Of a stretch of 64,000 nucleotides of DNA, positions 38,700 to 50,934 are shown in pieces. The notes under the pieces are model-generated. The model did not search any database. It had not been told where the DNA came from and worked only from the letters and a program-made list of their open reading frames with translations. Location: NCBI GenBank assembly GCA_050084515.1, contig CM114271.1, positions 21,576,001 to 21,640,000 of the forward strand, given 5' to 3'. The stretch is from Blasia pusilla (taxonomy: Eukaryota). A program made the position numbers and the translations under genes. The stretch's first letter is position 1; each line of letters starts with the position of its first letter.

Positions 38700-39700
38700 A
38701 TTCCAACCGGACTCAAACCCAGGTCAATGTCCGGGGAGAACCGGGGTTACATGTTGAGCTGGCCGGTAGAAATTGAGAATTTCCGATTCAGTACGTCACT
38801 TACCGGCCAAAAACCGAGGGTTCAGGGAGGGTGTCCTTTGTATTCGTATCTGTTTAGCCGGCTGAAATGACGAAAACTTCAAAAATTTCAGCTTGGTTTT
38901 GTAGAGACCGGAAATGTACCGGTTGTCACGAAAAAACTCCCCGGACCCTGACCCTGACCCTGACCCAGGTCTCTACGCCCGAGTCCCATGACCCACCCGG
39001 CTAGCCCAACAGCCGGATGCATGCACTACGTCTTCGATTTATGTGTTTTGTAATAAGACATTTCCTTGATTCCCTTTATTATTAGAATAATTTCGGATTT
39101 TATTATTATTTTAGTTTTTATGTAAGACTTTGCAATATTATTTTTTAACTTGGTTCATTTTTATTTATATTATATTTTTTTGCTATTGAAAAACCAATAA
39201 TCATTTTTGCATTGCAGCCAATCATTACGGAGTAAGCGTAATTGGTGTCATATCAATTCTCTCATCGACATGCAAGGGGCCTTTAATTACGGAAAAAACT
39301 AAAGAGAGTGGGAGTCTTGAATATATGGCAGCGAGAGATGAAGAGCAAACATTTTCTTTGTCTTGCTTGCAAAGAAAACGAAAACTATTTCATGTGGAGC
39401 CTATGTTGTCCTCTCCTCCAAATGTTTTCAATGAGGTTGAGGAGTTTAGGGAAGTTGGAAGTGGCCAAGAAGTTGTGGGTACTCTCAATAGTGATGAGAA
39501 ATACTTCTTGGAATTATACATTGGTCTTGAAGAACATGACTATGTTGAAAACTTTTCCACTTCCCTTTATGATTATGAGGGATGATATGTCGGTGATATG
39601 TTTGATAGGGAATATAGGCATATTGATTATAGGGATATGGATAATAGTTGTGATGATAGTGAGATAGGAGATTTGATGATTGATATTCTTTCTCCGGATT
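38700..39700 (+). mobile_element. Possible degraded hAT DNA-transposon fragment
   Basis: CCGG- and (GACCCT)n-rich, subterminal-like segment at 38700-39020. Sequence near 39228-39330 reads like the hAT dimerisation motif (x-E/K-RNW...F.H...R.RL), followed by an acidic tail. Confidence 0.35.
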
Positions 39701-42113
39701 ATGGGCATAGTTAGCCAAGAGAGTCTATTTTTGGACTGAAATATATACTCATATTTAGAAAAACTTTGAAAAGTCTTGTTTATGTTGATTTGGCTTTAAC
39801 CTTCCAGTAAGCTGCCCACTGTTCAGCTCAATTCAGTACAATATGTTGCTCATGTCTTGAAAAAGAACAAGAAGAAAAGAGATGTTTCTTTCACTCTGTT
39901 TCATAATCTCTAATGGGTCATTGCAGAGACTTAATTAAAGGTTCTCCCTCGACGTGTGTAAACTTCCCACTCCTGCAGTGGATGAAAGGAGAAAAGGCCC
40001 AAACTTACTACAATGAGGGAGTTTTATGTGATAAAAATTAATGCCGGTGCATTGCAGGGGCATTCTCACTAGTAACCCATAATGATATCAATGCCGTTGA
40101 TTTGGCCAATATGAGGTTTTGTCAATTTAACGGTCTCTTCGAAAGGCCCTTGAACACTCAATTTCACAGGCCGTCTTTGGAGCAACAAAATCAAGTGGAT
40201 CTTATGGGCACCCATCAACCTATACTAGTGGGTGCACACATAAACATTTTCTTCTTGCCCGTACAATAAAAAATACTTTCTTGCCCGGTTGCCACAAGTC
40301 AAGAAAAAAATGTTTGCGAATCAAGGCACTCTCCGATAATAACACAACACAGATTCACGACGTGAGCATCTACTTATGTTTTCCAAATCTGACTACACAC
40401 CTCCAGCGATCATCCGTGAAAATTCATGACATGATCATCCACCACTACTAATGCTTTTTCACAAAAGACACCAGGGTACACACGAACGACACACCCTTCA
40501 ACGCAACAGTGGTGAGATATGAACCAGCAAAGACAAACCCGAAATTATATGAGGAAGTGTCGATAGACTTCGGAGCTCCACAAACAGACAGCGAGCGTTG
40601 CAGCCGAGATGATTACCGTGTCGGTGAAGACGGGAAACTACTGCTCCCGCATGCCGAGATAACAGCCGTGCACTCACTGCAGCGCTCGTGGCATCTGGCT
40701 TTTGAAAGAATGGAACCGGAATTTTATACAAGGAGTGAAGGCTACCAGGATGAGCAGCAAGACGAAAATAGGAACAGTAACTACGATTCATTTCTAAAAC
40801 GGAAAAAATTTGCTTATTGACTTGAATGCGATATCCGTCAGCAAGAGCACAAGGGTCAAACATTATGCATACATGGAGACTTTACCACATGTTTCTTTGG
40901 CACAATGCTGGTGACCGAAGAATATGCTGGTGGAAGATCTATCCAATTTGAAAGATGCTTAGATATGGCGAGGATATGCTATAAAATCTACGAGAGCAGC
41001 GGTAGCATTCGGTTACACCTATGGTGTGGTAAAGATAGCCCTGCACCGTTCAGCACGTCTTCCACGGAACACGAGGGTATGACGCAATGTATCGATCCTC
41101 CACTGTTCAATTATTGGCGTTTGCAATGCCGTAGAGGCAATCGGTGGGGGAAGAGTGGTCCAGGCAAAGAAAGAAATGGACGAATACACGACAGCTCATC
41201 ATACTCGCAGGGTAGATTGATAGACCGACAAATGATTCGGTGGCTGAAATTGTGTACATGGTTGCTGCAGTCTCATATTTCGACACAGCTGATTTGTAAA
41301 ATATACGATCGGAAACAGGGTTGGGATTCGATGCCTGAATCCCCTAAAGGAAAACAAGAGTGGCAACCTTGTCTAAAGACGGAGTTAAACCTATGGTGGC
41401 TCGGAACGCTGAATACTTCACAAGAGTACTTGCAGCTGTGGTGGACCAAATAATGAGTCCCGGAGTGTCATTAAGCTGGCTTTGCTACGACTACGTGTCC
41501 GGGAACAAAATAGCTTGCTAATTCTACCGCTGTTTCCCTACTTACCTGTACAGGGTATTGTTGCGCGCGCCATCACCCCACATTACTACCTGGAGAGGCA
41601 AGTACAAACCGCATCACACGCATCAGAAAACACACATTGTGAGAAGCCACACAGCGATTTGGGGCAAGCTCTAGGCAATTGCGAAGCTAGCTACCTTAAC
41701 CATAAGTGATAATCTTCCAAACAGCAGAGAAGTTCTGTAGACTTCTATCCAAAGACGAGTGGTGCAATAGAGCAGAAAGAGGAAAGGAAGCAAACTGCCC
41801 ATCTCCAATTCCAAGCAAGTGCTTCAATTTGCCCTGGTGAAATAAGATAACACTTGTTGAGACAAAACTTGTGCAGAAATTCGACCTCTCAAGGGAGTTT
41901 CCCGTGAGGAGCTCCGCACAGCCCGAGTAGTAGTGCACGAATCCCCGAGATTGAACAGCACCCTGGCCAGGAGGTCGCCGTGAAACAACATTCAGACTTC
42001 AAATATGCAAATCAGTTAAATCATGTTCACGCATTTGATGCTTCATTCCACTGTGAACCCCTTGCAAGTCAACTATTTAACCGGCAAATCTTTGGGCCGG
42101 AAGGTAATCGGAG

Positions 42114-43794
42114 CTAAACCTGTAGATCATCCCGAAATAGTAGACCAGAGCGACTCTTCTCTTGCCTCTTGGGATTATCTGTCCAAGCGTTTCGAGCTTG
42201 TATCAGCTCCAGTATCCAGTCGAAAACCTGCATCGACGGAATGCGTGGATTACATATCTCAAGTTCCGAGCGCAGGCCTTGAAAAAATTGGTCGAGGAGT
42301 TCGGGATGAGCTAAGAAGAGGACAAACCTGCGCTAATCTATAACGTGGCCGTTCCAATTGCGCCCCACGTACTTTGAGTCCGGTACCTTGACATTCTGGA
42401 CAGAAAACTGTTCCGTCTCCGTTACTAGCTCCGCCGTCGTCTTGAATGCAGCCCCTCTTGAGTGTTTGTTCAATTATAGCTCGTCGAGTTTTACAGAGCT
42501 TTCTAGAGTGATCTATCCTGTGATCTAATGCGCCAGAGAAAGTCTTGACTTCGCAGATCGAAATCCAGTCAATTAAGCAATTACTGTGATACACATGAAA
42601 TACCTGCAGAAGGATTTTCCAGAGCGAAAAATAGTGAGGGAAAGAGCTGGCTTTTCGCTCCAGCGAAGTTAAGTCAGAATGCAGACGCCATGGGCGGAAT
42701 ATACATGCATGATACACGAGCGTCACGCTGTGATAAAATTGCACTGCTCGAGTCAATAAGTCGAGTTCCGTAAAACGTCACAACCACGATAAACATACCC
42801 CACGCTTGTTTCGGCTTCCACAAACCATCTGCTTCGTCTGCAAATTGAGCAACGCGGCCACATCTTTGCCCGAAGTCATCCTTTGGTGGCAAATAAAACA
42901 CATTCTCTCTACGACCTTCGGCTTTCTCCGCTTCCAGCCACGACGGAGGGCCCTGCTCGTTGATTCTTTCGCTGCTATCCCATGCTTTTGCTGTTCCGCG
43001 TCTGACTGTGGAGGGTCCCGGTCAACCACAGTTATACTACTACTACAAGAATTTCCGCCAGGAACTCCTAAAGCTAGCGCACCGGACGAAGCTGGGGGAT
43101 TGACCTTTGGAGTGCAACTTTCAGAGTCGGTTTTGCGATGGTCTAAACACATTAGGTCCTCTTGCTCAGCAGCGTGAGTTCTTCCGCTCTTGGTGTCAAA
43201 CCAAGGCTTCCAATTCCCTCCCCGTCCAATCATGTCACTGTAGGGAAACATTACCACGGCGTAAACAATTCCACCGGCCTGGCCACTCTGCCAGCCAGCC
43301 TCAGGGACAGGCTTCCCCTTCCCCCTCCAACAAAACCAAGAAGCCTCGACAAGAGGAGCGGAGCCTGCGATCCGAACGCTGAAAAAGAGTTCCCCGCTTC
43401 CAATCCATTGCAAGGGGCTCTTGGAAGTTTCAGTGACGCCCGATGCATCTGCCAAAACAATCTGTGACTCCCGCAGTGTCGCACCGCGAGAAGCAAGAAC
43501 TCCGTCAGCTGGAGGGTTGTATTCGCTCTCATCCTTCTCCAATTCACGTTTTACAATTGCTCGCTCCCCTGAAGCACTCCGAATTGCAGCATTTTGGCCG
43601 CTCGCAACGGCCGCAGAGAGGCGTGCGTGCAGATTGCCTTGCAGGTGATCGACGAGTGCAGAATCGCTGTAACATCTAGTTCCGCATCTTGTGCACACAA
43701 ATATCGTACGCCTGCCATCGCGCTGAAGCTCTACGCACCTGTGCCCCCGCAACCACGCTTCTCGAAGCACGGCGCGTGCCGCTCCTTCCTTCAT
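42114..43794 (-). CDS. Conserved plant C2H2-type zinc-finger protein with C-terminal RING/PHD-like Cys/His cluster (uncharacterised)
   Basis: Exon ~42799-43794 MKEGAARAVLREAWLRGHRCVEL...CTRCGTRCYSDSALVDHLQGNLH...CFICHQRM..GKDVAALLN...CGSRN; exon ~42330-42604 VFHVYHSNCLIDW...FCPECQGTG; exon ~42114-42227 VFDWILELIQARNAW. A further exon near 41700-41996 is possible. Confidence 0.75.
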
Positions 43795-44705
43795 ACCCTC
43801 CCTAGACCGGCTTCCTTTCTCCGTCCCGTCTTCCCCCCCAACACACACACACACACACTCTCTCCTCTCTCTTGCGTTTCACTTCGTGCCCCCTTCCATG
43901 TCCCCGACGAAACCACGAAGGTAATAACCAATTGCCTTCCCCACGAACGGATCGTAAAATGCGCTAACGCGCCAGTACGCTTCCACGATGTTTGGCGAAA
44001 CTCGAACCTTTTGAACGCCTCTCTACTGTTATTAGCTTCTGCCTTCGTCTCTTCTGCGAATCTGCGCTGGCTTTCGTGCTTTCTTCCGACAACTCCTCCA
44101 GACTCCGGATTCCATCGCGCGCCCCTGTTCATTCATTGGAGCTCTGGACCGACCGCGCTACGGAACATTCTGTCCGCACTCACTCCTCCTCCTCAACCCG
44201 AAACAACCCGTGAGGCTCGCAGTTCCGCTTGCTCGACATCATCCATCCACGATTCCACGCGCCACTGCTCCTCTCACTGACGATCGTCAGAGTCGTAAGT
44301 GATCGAATGACCGGTACCAAATTTGCAGAGAGTGCATGATTTAGTCTCTGCACGCAAATTTGAAATGTTCAAGAGGAATGTGGAGCACGATACGAATGTA
44401 CGATGGGAGAGGCGCGTGTCTTGTTACTACTGAACGGATGTACGTATGACACATATTTCGTTCGAGTTATAATGCTAATTTGTCTACATATCAAGAAGTG
44501 CTTCCGTGAGAGTAAGACTAGATTTGATCATATGTGACTTGTACTTTCATCATAAAAAAAAGTTCGCATGCTTTCTAAAGTGTCCCAATTTGAATTCTCT
44601 TCGAAGTACGCATGTCATTAATTTGTACCGGTCTGAATTGTGTGTACAATGGAGAGGACAATGGACGATTAAAGAGAAAAAAATTTGACGAAGAGGAAAA
44701 TTTTG

Positions 44706-45621
44706 GAAAAAAAGGAAGTTCTTCTTGTAGTGCTCCGTTCCATTCCATTCGTCAATGCCTGGTTTAACGATTTGCTTTAAGGCTTTTATGAGAGGTTCTT
44801 TTAAAGGTTTTTATGACGTCCCATATGCATGTTTGAGAGAGGGGGTTGAATTAAGGAGAGATAATAAAAAAATTTAAATATCATCTTTTATAATACCACT
44901 CAAAGCTCATACAAATAGCAATCCATACAAGATTTTTTAAGTGATAAATGATGGACTGGTCAGTTTTTATGCAACCATGCTAAATTTTAGAAAAAAAGGA
45001 AGTTTTTCTTGTAGTGCTCCGTTCCAAATGCTTTGATTTGCTTTAAGGCTTTTATGAGAGGTTCTTTTAAAGGTTTTATGACGTCCCATATGCATGTTTG
45101 AGAGGGGTTGAATTAAGGAGAGATAATAAAAAATTTAAATATCATCTTTATAATACCACTCAAAGCTCATACAAATAGCAATCCATACAAAATTTTTAAG
45201 TGATAAATGATGGATTGGTCAGTTTTTATGCAACCATGCTAAATTTTGAGAGATTTCGGCTTTTATGAGAGGTTCTTTTAAGGGCTTTTATGACGTCCCA
45301 TATGCATGTTTGAGAGAGGGGGTTGAATTAAGGAGAGATAATAATAAAATTTAAATATCATCTTTCATAATACCACTCAAAGCTCATACAAAAGCTCAAG
45401 ATTTTTAAGTGATAAATGATGGCAGTTTTATGCAACCATACAAGAGTTCTTTTTTAAGATTTGATAAACGTCCCATATGCATGTTTGAGAGAGGGGGTTG
45501 AATTAAGGAGAGATAAATATCATCTTTCATAATACCACTCAAAGCTCATACAAATAGCAATGCATACAAGATTTTTTAAGTGATAAATGACGGACTTGTC
45601 AGTTTTTATGCAACCATGCTA
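44706..45621. repeat. Degenerate tandem array of about 4 units (~150-290 bp), probably LTR-derived
   Basis: acgtcccatatgcatgtttgagagagggggttgaattaaggagagata...taataccactcaaagctcatacaaa...cagtttttatgcaaccat recurs at ~44816, 45080, 45293 and 45468. Confidence 0.9.
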
Positions 45622-45991
45622 TTTGTGATCTCGTCTCCTCTTGAAGAAAGATCCTCCACATTGCCATAGTGGATATCCATCTTCTTGATCAACTCTCTAA
45701 TTTTAAGTTTCATGAATGCCTCGTTCACTAACTTTTTCAAGTGAATAATTTAGAAAAACCGATGGATGGCTTATTCGCATTCCTTGAATCCTAACAATGA
45801 GAGTCATTCTTTCCATGCGTAACTACCTGAATGATTTTTTTTAAATAACTGCCTTCTGAAAACTTTGGAAGAGACGACAATTATTTTCATATCAATTGAT
45901 AAAATTATGAGTGTATAGGTATAAATTCAACCATGTAGAAAATACTACTCAACCCTTTGGGAGGAATATATTCACTTAACCTAAACTAAAG

Positions 45992-45995
<4 letters not shown>

Positions 45996-46041
<46 letters not shown>
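45996..46041. repeat. (GA)n microsatellite
   Basis: Perfect GA run. Confidence 0.95.
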
Positions 46042-46042
<1 letters not shown>

Positions 46043-46099
46043 AACACTTTAATTTGCTAGACTTTTTCTTGCCTTATCAATATTAAATAGCTATAATAC

Positions 46100-47060
46100 A
46101 ACTACTCAAAGTGATTCCATATGGCTTTACAAGTGAAGCCGAAAATCACATATATAGTTAATGTCTGTAAACATGAACGAAAGCCCACTAGTGCCTGCTA
46201 TTTTAGTTTTACAACTATAAGGCTACTTGGCATTAGGATTCTATTTTAACGATTTCAATTAATTGGCAATTAGGGTGAAGGGCACAATCGGTAAATCGGT
46301 TGTGTGTGAGCATACTTAGAGCCTAACCCATTAAAGTAGGCATGTGGACCCTCTCAACATATCATTAATAAGATTCGCACCAATTGCCGCACCAATCTTC
46401 AAACACAAATATTGTTGAGGCAATTTATAAAGCAAACATGTATGCAAGAATTGCCTTGGATATTTATTATAGGGTTATTTTTATGGTAAGTTTACTAATG
46501 TACATAATATATATTTGGTAGAAGATATTTTTAAAATAATATATCTCTTAAGGATTACTTCATGAAATAATAATGACATAATTTGTGAATATCAAATTTT
46601 ACCTTTCCAGAAAATGGAGGCATGACTTCCATATTTATAACATCAACATCTCTATTTATTGGTCTGAGAATAATTGTATCTTTCAAAAAGTTGATATCAT
46701 TTAATCTTTGAACACAAGTCCCACATATGGTATTAATACGATCTTTTACGTTCATATTCTTAATGACATTATCAAACTTGAGTTGAATAAAATCATCTTC
46801 AAAAGAAGATTGCAAGGGCTCACAACCCTCTTCCACCTTCAGTAACCAATCAATTGAATATTCTTGATGAATAAGTACCTAATCTTCCAATTTTTTTGAA
46901 CTCTTATGCTTGTAGTAAGGTCCATTTTCCTCACATGGGACCGTACATGTGATCTCTTTAAAGCGGCTTGGATAATCGAAATCCCCATGAAAACAAAAAA
47001 GAAGACTTGGCCAAAGTTATTGCATTTAAGAAGAAAAAGAAGAATAATAAGGCATGTTCT
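46100..47060 (-). mobile_element. Helitron PIF1-like helicase remnant
   Basis: Minus-strand fragments IIQAALKRSHV..HVRKMDLTTSIRV and ILRPINRDVDVIN, plus LPQQYLCLKIG-like sequence, resemble PIF1 motifs; heavily disrupted. Confidence 0.6.
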
Positions 47061-50000
47061 CAATTATTGTAGTTATAACTAGATTTGTGGAATCATCCTT
47101 AGCAATTTCATCTCTTGGACCAACTTGAATCCACATCTCCTCCTCAATATATCTCATATTAGGTACATCAACCCGATTCCCTTTAGAAGACAATTCCTCA
47201 AACGAAGGAGCCATGGAAGTAGGTATATATATCATGAATAAGAATTTCATAAATTCATCCTTGCCTAAACACTTCAAATGGAAATTGTAAGTATAACTTT
47301 CAAAACATTAAAAAGAAACAACATATAGGAAAGCAAGATCATCTCAAAGTAATAAGGTTTATACATTGCTACATCTTGAATTGGAGTCTCTATTGTAAAA
47401 ATATTTCTACGATATTTAATTCCTTCAATAATATAGACTAATATTACACTAAAATATTTTCATATCTTACAGATATTTAAGTTTGCTTTTATTTTAATAT
47501 ATTACCTATCTACCATAGTTTAAGATAGATCCAATGTTATTAATTTGAGTCTATGAAACCACTTCTTTTGGACTTCCTATTCCATCACATCCATAGATAT
47601 ATGTGACTTTCAAAATGTGTTGCGAGAAGAGGCATAAGGAAGAAAACGTGCTATTCATTTAGAGAATGTGGCACTTCAAAAGGAAAAAAAAGGAAGGTCT
47701 TCTAGAGAGAACATAAAAAAGTCATGCTATAGGGAATGCATATTTTTTTATGTTCTCTCTAAAAGAACTCTGATAAAATTTGCAGACTTCTTATTCCATC
47801 AAATCCTACGAATTTATGTGATTTTGAAAGTCTTCTCAAATTTTTTATCGCGGCCCTCATCACCAAACGCGTACGTACGCCGATGCAAAACATCAAGACT
47901 CTAGTAGGCTCACTCTAAGATAGATGCGCATCGGAGAAGTCTCTTGAAATAGACATGAAATGTGATACATGACCAAGGCTGAGTGTTTCATGTGTTAATG
48001 GTGGCAACTCATGAAACCTGGACCAAATGTGAACGAAGACTTGAGAAGAATCAAGTCTAAGATGAGTGGGTTGCCAAAAGGGATGAGAACCACAATTAGA
48101 ACTTAACTAGCGTATGGGGTTTCACTATGTTTTAGGTCATGACGACTTGGGTCGGGGAGGGGGGGAGGGAATCCCATAACTATCTATAAGGGGAGGATCT
48201 TTGAGGATGCTTGAGCCCTAAACTCTACTTTGGAGAACCACAAGGCGAACCAAAGGCTTGAAATGGATCGGGAGGTTAGCATTGGGGTCCGAATTCCAAG
48301 CCAAATCCTAGGGAGTGAATTTTGGAGGTCAACCTTGGATTCCAACTCGTGACCCATTTCTTGGGCCTTCGTGAGGAACTCATGCGAGATCCATTGGCCA
48401 ATTGAATCGCAAGGCGTGTGAGCGCCGTCTTAGGTGTCTAGACTATGTCGAAAGTTTGTCTCAAGTCTAGAAAGACTTGCCCATGTTGGGAAGTGAGGAG
48501 TTAGGACCTGTTGAGCTTGATGAATGACCTAAGTTGAGAACTCGGGGAGTTGGAAGCCTGGTTGACTCAAACCAAAACTAGTGAGAGTGTGTTTGGGTGC
48601 AATAAAGTGAGCGTGACCTACTGAAAGTATGCTTGCGTAACATGTGAGATTGACATTCAAGAGGAGTAAACGTAAGAGAAAGTTAGTAACTATGGACTAA
48701 CCTCAATAAAACTTAAGGTAGGTAAAAATGTAATGGATTAAAAAGTGGCATGAAACATTTCCAAAAAAATGAACGTACATTGGAGTTAGTTGAGGAAGAA
48801 CTAAATTTCTAGTTCAAAATGGTATTTTCTCCTTACAAATTGCACAATTTCTTCTTTGAGCCCTGCCACGTAAAACCTCTTGGAAATTGTGTATATCCAT
48901 AGAATTTGATGGAATAGGAAGTCTAAGTTTTTCCAACAACAATAAAACTTAAAGCTTTAGAAATGAACTTTTTCCGACCTGATATTGATGTATATAACCA
49001 AAGAAATGTAATTAAATGTGATGAGTAAAGAACCTATATTCGACAAGTTAACAGACTTTGGAGAGTTTCACTAAAGGATGTTGTTTTTCTAGTGGCAAAG
49101 TAAGTAGTGGTAGGTTTACGATGTCAAGAACTCAAATGTCCTCCATCTCTTGAATATTTCCTTGATTTTTTTACATGTAAAAGAGAAATAAAAAATCAGT
49201 TCAATAAATATTTTCATTTTAATTTTTTAATCAAGAAGTTAAGTTTATGATGCCAGATTGAGTGTTATAAGTCTTGAAGCTACTCAGGTAGCTTATTGTC
49301 TCTTGGGGAGAGAGAATGGAGCTAATGTCAATGGCCTTGTCCTTGGTCTATTCAAGAGTTAAGGAGTAGCTTAAGAGTCAAACTTTAGACTTTTGGATCT
49401 CTTTCTTTTGACCTTTGTAGGTTCATTTGGTGTGGTCGAGACCCATTCAAATTGATAGGGTTCGATATGAGACGAGTATTATTCTGAGTCCAAGCTTGTT
49501 GGAAGTTTCCAAGTATTTTTTTGTAAGAGTTGGAATTGGTTGAAGGGTCTGCCAATGAAGTTATATCTCTAAGTCTCACATGGAACTATCTTAAGGCACT
49601 TGACGGACTTGATTTTGGAATGGAGTTTGGTGTTATATCTCCAAGTTTGATATAAAAGTCAGTTTCATTGTATATTCCTCTATATTTTATATTTGGTGTT
49701 ACTTGAGACTCAAGACGTTACAAGTACCCGTTAAAGCTTGATTCTCCTTTGCAATTTCTTTGTTGTGCACCGGACCTAGGTCCATATATCTTGGCACTTT
49801 GCTCATTGATCCATCATACTCTAGGCTTGTGGGTACATCATAGCATGGGCTGCTTGATCCATCATATTTTGTTAATCAAGTCCATTTTTGGGGCTCTTTC
49901 AGATGTATTACATCATGAGACTTCAATCCATCATACTTTTTTGATAAATTTGGAAAAAGAATATTCTTTCTCATTGGATTTTTTCCTTGTGTTGATTTTC

Positions 50001-50811
50001 TAGCTATCCTCCTTATCATTTTGAGTACTGACCTTGATATTTTTGCATGTAAATATACAACAAAATTGGTTTTAAGGAGCACTAAAATTGCCACTTTAAT
50101 CAAAGTTATAATGTGTTTAACATTTATGCACGCATAAATATCTTGAAGAGTTTTCCTTAAGGGCCAATCAAGCTACCTTGCCATAAGACTTCCATTTTTT
50201 AAGTTATGCATTTGCTACAACAAGGTAGATGGACTTACATTCAAAATAGCATATACATATAAAAGTTCTAATCTATTTGATGTTTTTGCATGCATACATT
50301 GATCAAACAATTGAAACCAAAATACTTCCATCGCTAAATCTCTCCACATGCATAAATAGGGTAGATAGGCTTACTTGCTTCAAAGAGGCCAATAGGAGGA
50401 AAGGGTGTTGCCTTGGAGGAAGTAATCCTCCTCCCGTACTAGTATGGAATTTAAAAATTTCATATAAGTACGCATGCTTAGTCAATTTCTAAATGTATTT
50501 AGTGTTGCAATAATTTTAAAATCTGCACATGCTTAGTGCCTATTAAATCTACTTAGTGCTTGGTAAGGTGAAACATGACTAAGGCTCAATCATTGCAAAA
50601 TGTATAGAATACATAATAACAACCCACTTTTGAACTCATTTTAAAAATGGGAAAATTTTATGTAAAAAACAATGCTTTTTTGTAAGTACATCTGAAAAAG
50701 TCAAAGTGTGGGAAGACCATGTAGGAAGATAAGAGGGCCTCGCTCCAAAGGAGGTAATCGTTCCATAGTAGTACGAGACCACTCAAAGTACCCCTGTGCT
50801 GATTTTTATGG

Positions 50812-50934
50812 CTAGAGAAAGAATACCAAAGGGACGTTAAAGAAAATATATAATGGATTGGCAAAGTAGGGATTTTTACTAGAGAAAGAATACCAAAGGG
50901 ACGTTAAAGAAAATATATAATACATGGATTGGCA
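50812..50934. repeat. Short direct duplication (~52 bp)
   Basis: ctagagaaagaataccaaagggacgttaaagaaaatatataat...ggattggca at ~50812 and ~50879. Confidence 0.85.

Noticed and set aside
40498-41709. ORFs 40509-40820 (103 aa, GTG start) and 40905-41453 (182 aa)
   Set aside because: No recognisable homology or splice structure; cannot be supported as genes without expression data.
44706-45621. CRISPR-like array
   Set aside because: Units are long and degenerate with no unique spacers, there are no cas genes, and the context is eukaryotic.
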